64,000 nt of DNA from Paraspadella gotoi. Lineage: Eukaryota; Animalia; Chaetognatha. Of this stretch, positions 58,812-64,000 are shown piece by piece. Where the stretch lies: the NCBI GenBank assembly GCA_051294375.1, contig CM119267.1, positions 1,974,793 through 2,038,792 of the forward strand. Reading direction: 5' to 3'. Made by a program: the position numbers and the translations under genes. Within the stretch, counting starts at the first letter, position 1. Each line of letters begins with the position of its first letter. The notes beneath the pieces were generated by a model. It was not told where the DNA came from. It did not search any database and saw only the letters and a list, made by a program, of their open reading frames with translations.

Positions 58812-60122
58812 CGATTTCTGAACGAAAACGTTTGATGGTCATTTTTAATTTAATTGCAACCAGAGCGCAGGTGCATCATTGATTCCAGAATATTCGCTTG
58901 GATTCGTCAATGATGATTATTATTACAGGCCAAAAATAAAATGACATCGGAAAAATTCGATAAATATGTATGGTATGTATGTATACCGAGATATTATATC
59001 TTGTATCATAGCAAAACAAACAGTTTTTTCAAATAAACAAAATGAAGTTTTGAGGACAAAGCTTCTTTTTCCATAACCATATTTACATCTATACATTACA
59101 AATTTGACATGACCAATATAATAATTTGTTTGATAATTANNNNNNNNNNNNNNNNNNNNNNNNNNNNNNNNNNNNNNNNNNNNNNNNNNNNNNNNNNNNN
59201 NNNNNNNNNNNNNNNNNNNNNNNNNNNNNNNNNNNNNNNNNNNNNNNNNNNNNNNNNNNNNNNNNNNNNNNNNNNNNNNNNNNNNNNNNNNNNNNNNNNN
59301 NNNNNNNNNNNNNNNNNNNNNNNNNNNNNNNNNNNNNNNNNNNNNNNNNNNNNNNNNNNNNNNNNNNNNNNNNNNNNNNNNNNNNNNNNNNNNNNNNNNN
59401 NNNNNNNNNNNNNNNNNNNNNNNNNNNNNNNNNNNNNNNNNNNNNNNNNNNNNNNNNNNNNNNNNNNNNNNNNNNNNNNNNNNNNNNNNNNNNNNNNNNN
59501 NNNNNNNNNNNNNNNNNNNNNNNNNNNNNNNNNNNNNNNNNNNNNNNNNNNNNNNNNNNNNNNNNNNNNNNNNNNNNNNNNNNNNNNNNNNNNNNNNNNN
59601 NNNNNNNNNNNNNNNNNNNNNNNNNNNNNNNNNNNNNNNNNNNNNNNNNNNNNNNNNAAGGGTAAGTTGAATACGAAGTTTTCTGATATCATCATATGAA
59701 ATGAAATTGGTACAACCAATATAACAATTATCCATTCATTTACTAAATAAGCTATCTTGCCCTGACTTTGCAGTTGAAAATTCATTGCGCCGTGGAAACT
59801 TCGTTATCACGAGACAATGGTGTCTTTGTTTCTCTCGCAGCGTCTCAGTGTGGTGTTCATTTGCCGCCCAGATCCGACCCAGCAAGTATCTCTTTCCTCA
59901 TCGCTAGAGGGCACATGCGGGGTCTTTCAGGCCACGATCGGTGCCACTATTAACATTTATCTTATTTTTGTCTGGGCGTTAAAATCTTCAATTTCGCTAG
60001 CAACGTTGGCTCCGACCTTACTTTTTTTCTCGATAGTAAATGCTAAACACCAGCGATAAAACGCAAAATGGTAAAAAACTTACAAATTGAAGGGAAATAA
60101 TAATAACGATAGGAATAATGAT

Positions 60123-60230
<108 letters not shown>

Positions 60231-63200
60231 TTTCTCTTTTTTTAACGTAATTTTTTCTCTTTTTTTTTATGATATTTTCATATAGCTCTAGAATAAAGTA
60301 GTTTTTTTTTCAATTTTGTTCATAATGTGTAAAAGCATGATCTGAATAATAACACAGTCATCGACAATGACCCGCTTTTAAATATCATATGAATTATAAA
60401 AGAACTAATCAAAATTGTTTTTAGCGGTTCCGCTTAGAGCGGATTTGACTCAATGATTAAATTTTCTTTTTTTTCTTTTTTTCACTTTTTTTAATAATGG
60501 GTCTATAATTGGAGGTTCAGGAATAAAAGTGGCGCCATTTAGCTTTTTTTTTCTTTTTTTTTTAGCTTCGGCTTTTGACTAAATATTTAATCATTTTGTT
60601 GTAAATAACAAGTCTAGACNNNNNNNNNNNNNNNNNNNNNNNNNCAATTTAATTTTCGTCTCTCGGAAAGAATTGATATACTGCATTCGTTGGAGTGATC
60701 GAGAAAAGAAGGTGAGTTATATTTGAAATATGAGTGTGGAGATTTAAGCAGAAGAGGAGCAGAGAAAGAGAATCGAAGAGGAGACGGGAGGAGAGAGACG
60801 AGAAATCGGAGTCAGATTTTTGCCTCCTCGTACGCGGCGATGTCTAGCTTCTTCGCATCTGATCTTCGCTAGATTGGTGCTTTGGAGACGAGACGATGTA
60901 TACTTCCTAGAGAGAGATTGGACACCGCTCGGATGGGAGCGACTCTAAAAGAATTGCCACAAGATTTATTTGTTGCCAGACCATCTGGTTCTGAACCGAG
61001 GAAATAGGAAGGAAGCGAGAAAGAGAGAGGAAGGAGGAAGAGAAGGAGGGAGATGAAGATCGGAGAGAGAGAGAGAGAGAGACGAGTAAGAGACCTATGT
61101 CAATGTCGCTCTGATGATTATACCTTAGACATCGAGACGACGACGATGAAGAAGACGAAGAGCAGCTACGATCCGAGAGAAGCAGAGCAGCAAAAAGGCA
61201 AAAACAATAGAGGGCAGGCACGAGGTCGTTGCTCGATGCTGGTTGCCGTGAGCCGAAGACACGCCTCTGGGCACGTTTGACGAGATATAAGACAGATTAG
61301 GAGAGAGGAAGACCAAGAAGAAGGACGATAGAAGAGGGAGCAGGAAACAACGACGAGAAAGAGATTGCAGCATAGAGCAGTGAACGAAGAGATGACGAGA
61401 GAGAGACGATGAGAGCACGTAGAGGAGAGGAGAGGAGAGAAGAATGAGAGAGAGCGGTTGGGACAGCGATAAAGAGCTGTATTTCATGTCAATTATTCAT
61501 GCTATCTCTCTCTTTGTGTTTTAATTACATGTTGAACTGAATGTTTTTTTCCCTTAAGCTTATAAAGTTTCACTGACTTTAGTTCCAAACTGATTTTAAA
61601 AAAAAATTCAATAATTGTTCATTCCTCTTCGTAACGTTTGTCCTTGACTTGTCCTTCACTTGTCCTTCACTTGTCCTTGACTTTGTCGCAGAAATTGATT
61701 GCACCTTCTACTCGTTTTCAAGTGAAGGGAATTAATCACCTCATTAGAGACAGCCTTTAGAATTTTAATCAATATTTTTTTCTTTAATCACTTATCAGCC
61801 TTTCTATCTTTTAATTCAAATTTTAATCTCATCATTTTTCATGAGATTCAATATTTTTTATGTTATGATCAAAGTGACTCTAAATTCAAATTCGTACAAC
61901 CAACAAGCCTTTTTCTTTTTTTTTTCTCCTCGCCCAGTAAGAATTAATGTTCTTTACGAGATGGCGCCCATTATGAGCGGGGGCCCATTTTGCGTTGATG
62001 GCTTTTTTTTTAGTTGTAGATTGTCTCGCTCTCAGTCTTGCTCTCTGTCTCGCTCTGTTACGATGTCTGTCTCATCATTACGCTCATCATTGTAGGAAAA
62101 AGAATCTAATGGCCCAATGACAAAATAGACGAAGAAAAAAAAGGGAAAAAAAGAATATTACAAGCAAAAAAAGGTAAACGAATGTGTATTTAAGCTGAGT
62201 AATTTTTAAAAATAAAAGCAAAAAAAAAAAACCAACTAATTTTTAAGAAAAAAATAATCCAATAACTTAAACAAGAACGGTTATTCAAATGTGTTACGCC
62301 GCAGTGACTGCCTTATCAAGTGTATTTTTCGTGACATGAAATGAAATTACAAGACATGAAATGACATAACTACACGACTACATGCCTTATCTTTTGAGAA
62401 AAAGTTTCTCTATCTCTATCTGCGTCACCATCTGTAAAACTGACTGCAGGTGGCGTCGCTAATTTCGTCGGCGTCATCTAGCGGCGAATCTTTGCCTCAG
62501 AGAAAATTAGGTTCCAATCAATGGAGACAAAATTGGATCAGCTGCTTCTTTCCCTCGGAGAAATTGAGGAAAGACAAAGATTTGCTTTTTTGTTCAAATG
62601 TTAATCTAAATAAATGCGAATCTAAGGACAAACTTAGAGAGAGAAGTCTGTAGAATTCGTGGTAAATAAGAAATCGCCAAAACAAAATCAATATTCTGAA
62701 TGTAATACATTATTCTGAATATTCTGTTCATAATTCTGAAAATATAAAGGTTGGTATAAATTGCAGTATATACCTCGACAGAACTGGAAAATTCAACTTA
62801 AATTAGGATAACAAGTAATTGTTATTTTATTTATGTCTTAATTGCGTCACCGAAATACCGTTGAACTGAACAGAAGATTTTTTGATTAATAATACTATAT
62901 ATAACAGATATACGTAGAAACTTTTAACCGCTTCCCTTAGACCTACAAGCAAAGACCCAGCAAAATACCTCAAACCAATCTTTTTCAACCTTTTGTCTGA
63001 TGGGTTAATTTTTACTTCCAATTCTATCGACCTCTAGCGACTCGAAGGTAAAACCACAGACGCTTCGGGCCAAAGACGTTGCGTGGGTTTCAATGGGAGG
63101 AGGAAGAGATGGATGAGAAGAACAAGATGAAGACAAGAAATATGTTTGTTAATGTTTTTTTAAATGAAAGTTTATTTAGACGAAAAGATTATTTATTTGA

Positions 63201-63597
63201 GATTTGAGAAATGAAAGCACAACAAATTTGCTAAAGTGAATTGACGAGTTAACTGGTCGGATTCTTACACAAAACGGCTATATTTTTTAAAAGTTTTTAC
63301 AATTTACAGTAAATTTTTGGAAATACATAAGTAGCGCAGAAAAATCTGAGAATTTTTCTGTATTTAATTTAAGCGGTTATCATGAACATGAATCACGAAT
63401 AAACTAAAAAAACGAACCTTTAAACGAAAAATCATTACGTGGGATTTTCTATTTTTTATTGATTTTGTTTTTTTTTTGTTTTTTTTATTTGTTTTTTTTT
63501 TTAAATTTTGTTTATTATGTTTTTAAAAAAAATATTCCAGAGAAAAGAGACGTAAATATTTGAAATCGTTCACGAATTTCTTTCCAAGACTCACGAA

Positions 63598-63627
63598 GAT
63601 TACGGGAATAGAATTCACTGAGTAAGA

Positions 63628-63658
<31 letters not shown>

Positions 63659-63942
63659 ACGACGAACGACGACGACAAACGACGAACGACGCCACTGACG
63701 GTGACGACGAAAACTAGACTTCACCTTGGAATCGTGAGGCAGAAAACAGTTTAGTGTCGCTTNNNNNNNNNNNNNNNNNNNNNNNNNTCGTCGTTCGTCT
63801 TCCTCCCCGCGCCACGATTGAAGACTCGCGCGCGCCTAAAGCGACACTAAACTGTTTTCTGCCTCACGATTCCAAGGTGAAGTCTAGTTTTCGTCGTCAC
63901 CGTCAGTGGCGTCGTTCGTCGTTTGTCGTCGTCGTTCGTCGT

Positions 63943-63973
<31 letters not shown>

Positions 63974-64000
63974 TCTTACTCAGTGAATTCTATTCCGTAA
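63598..64000. repeat. Near-perfect inverted duplication across an N-gap (63600-63762 vs 63839-64000)
   Basis: …GGCAGAAAACAGTTTAGTGTCGCTT-N25-…AAGCGACACTAAACTGTTTTCTGCC…; probably a scaffolding artefact. Confidence 0.85.

Noticed and set aside
60645-61490. Purine-rich block with several short ORFs
   Set aside because: It looks like an error-rich read next to a gap, and no coherent translation could be recovered.

Overview
Draft-quality eukaryotic genomic DNA, most likely from an invertebrate animal. It is intron-rich, full of (GA)n/(GAC)n/(TAA)n microsatellites and N-gaps, and has several indel-rich stretches that look like unpolished long-read gap fills. Recognisable genes: an SLC17/sialin-like MFS transporter (-, 1444-5162); an annexin present twice (one clean copy, one error-rich copy); a copine-type vWA gene; a two-exon single-domain granulin; a large low-complexity + strand orphan gene; and an unknown membrane-protein gene that is partly duplicated. 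The standout is an essentially intronless locus at 7277-11349 (-). It encodes a signal peptide, a Toll-like LRR ectodomain with LRRCT, a TM helix, a pseudokinase, an IRE1/RNase L-type KEN ribonuclease with intact Y..RN...H catalytic spacing, and one clear plus one probable ubiquitin-like domain. This is a candidate LRR 'receptor ribonuclease', split by a single -1 frame change inside the kinase domain. Mobile DNA includes a three-level nested transposon cluster (42777-47221) with readable TSDs, whose hAT-like foldback element carries a Penelope RT fragment and two hammerhead ribozyme motifs, and a Polinton/Maverick fragment (ATPase, small basic ORF, integrase; ~52070-55560). All homology calls come from motif recognition by eye; no searches were run.
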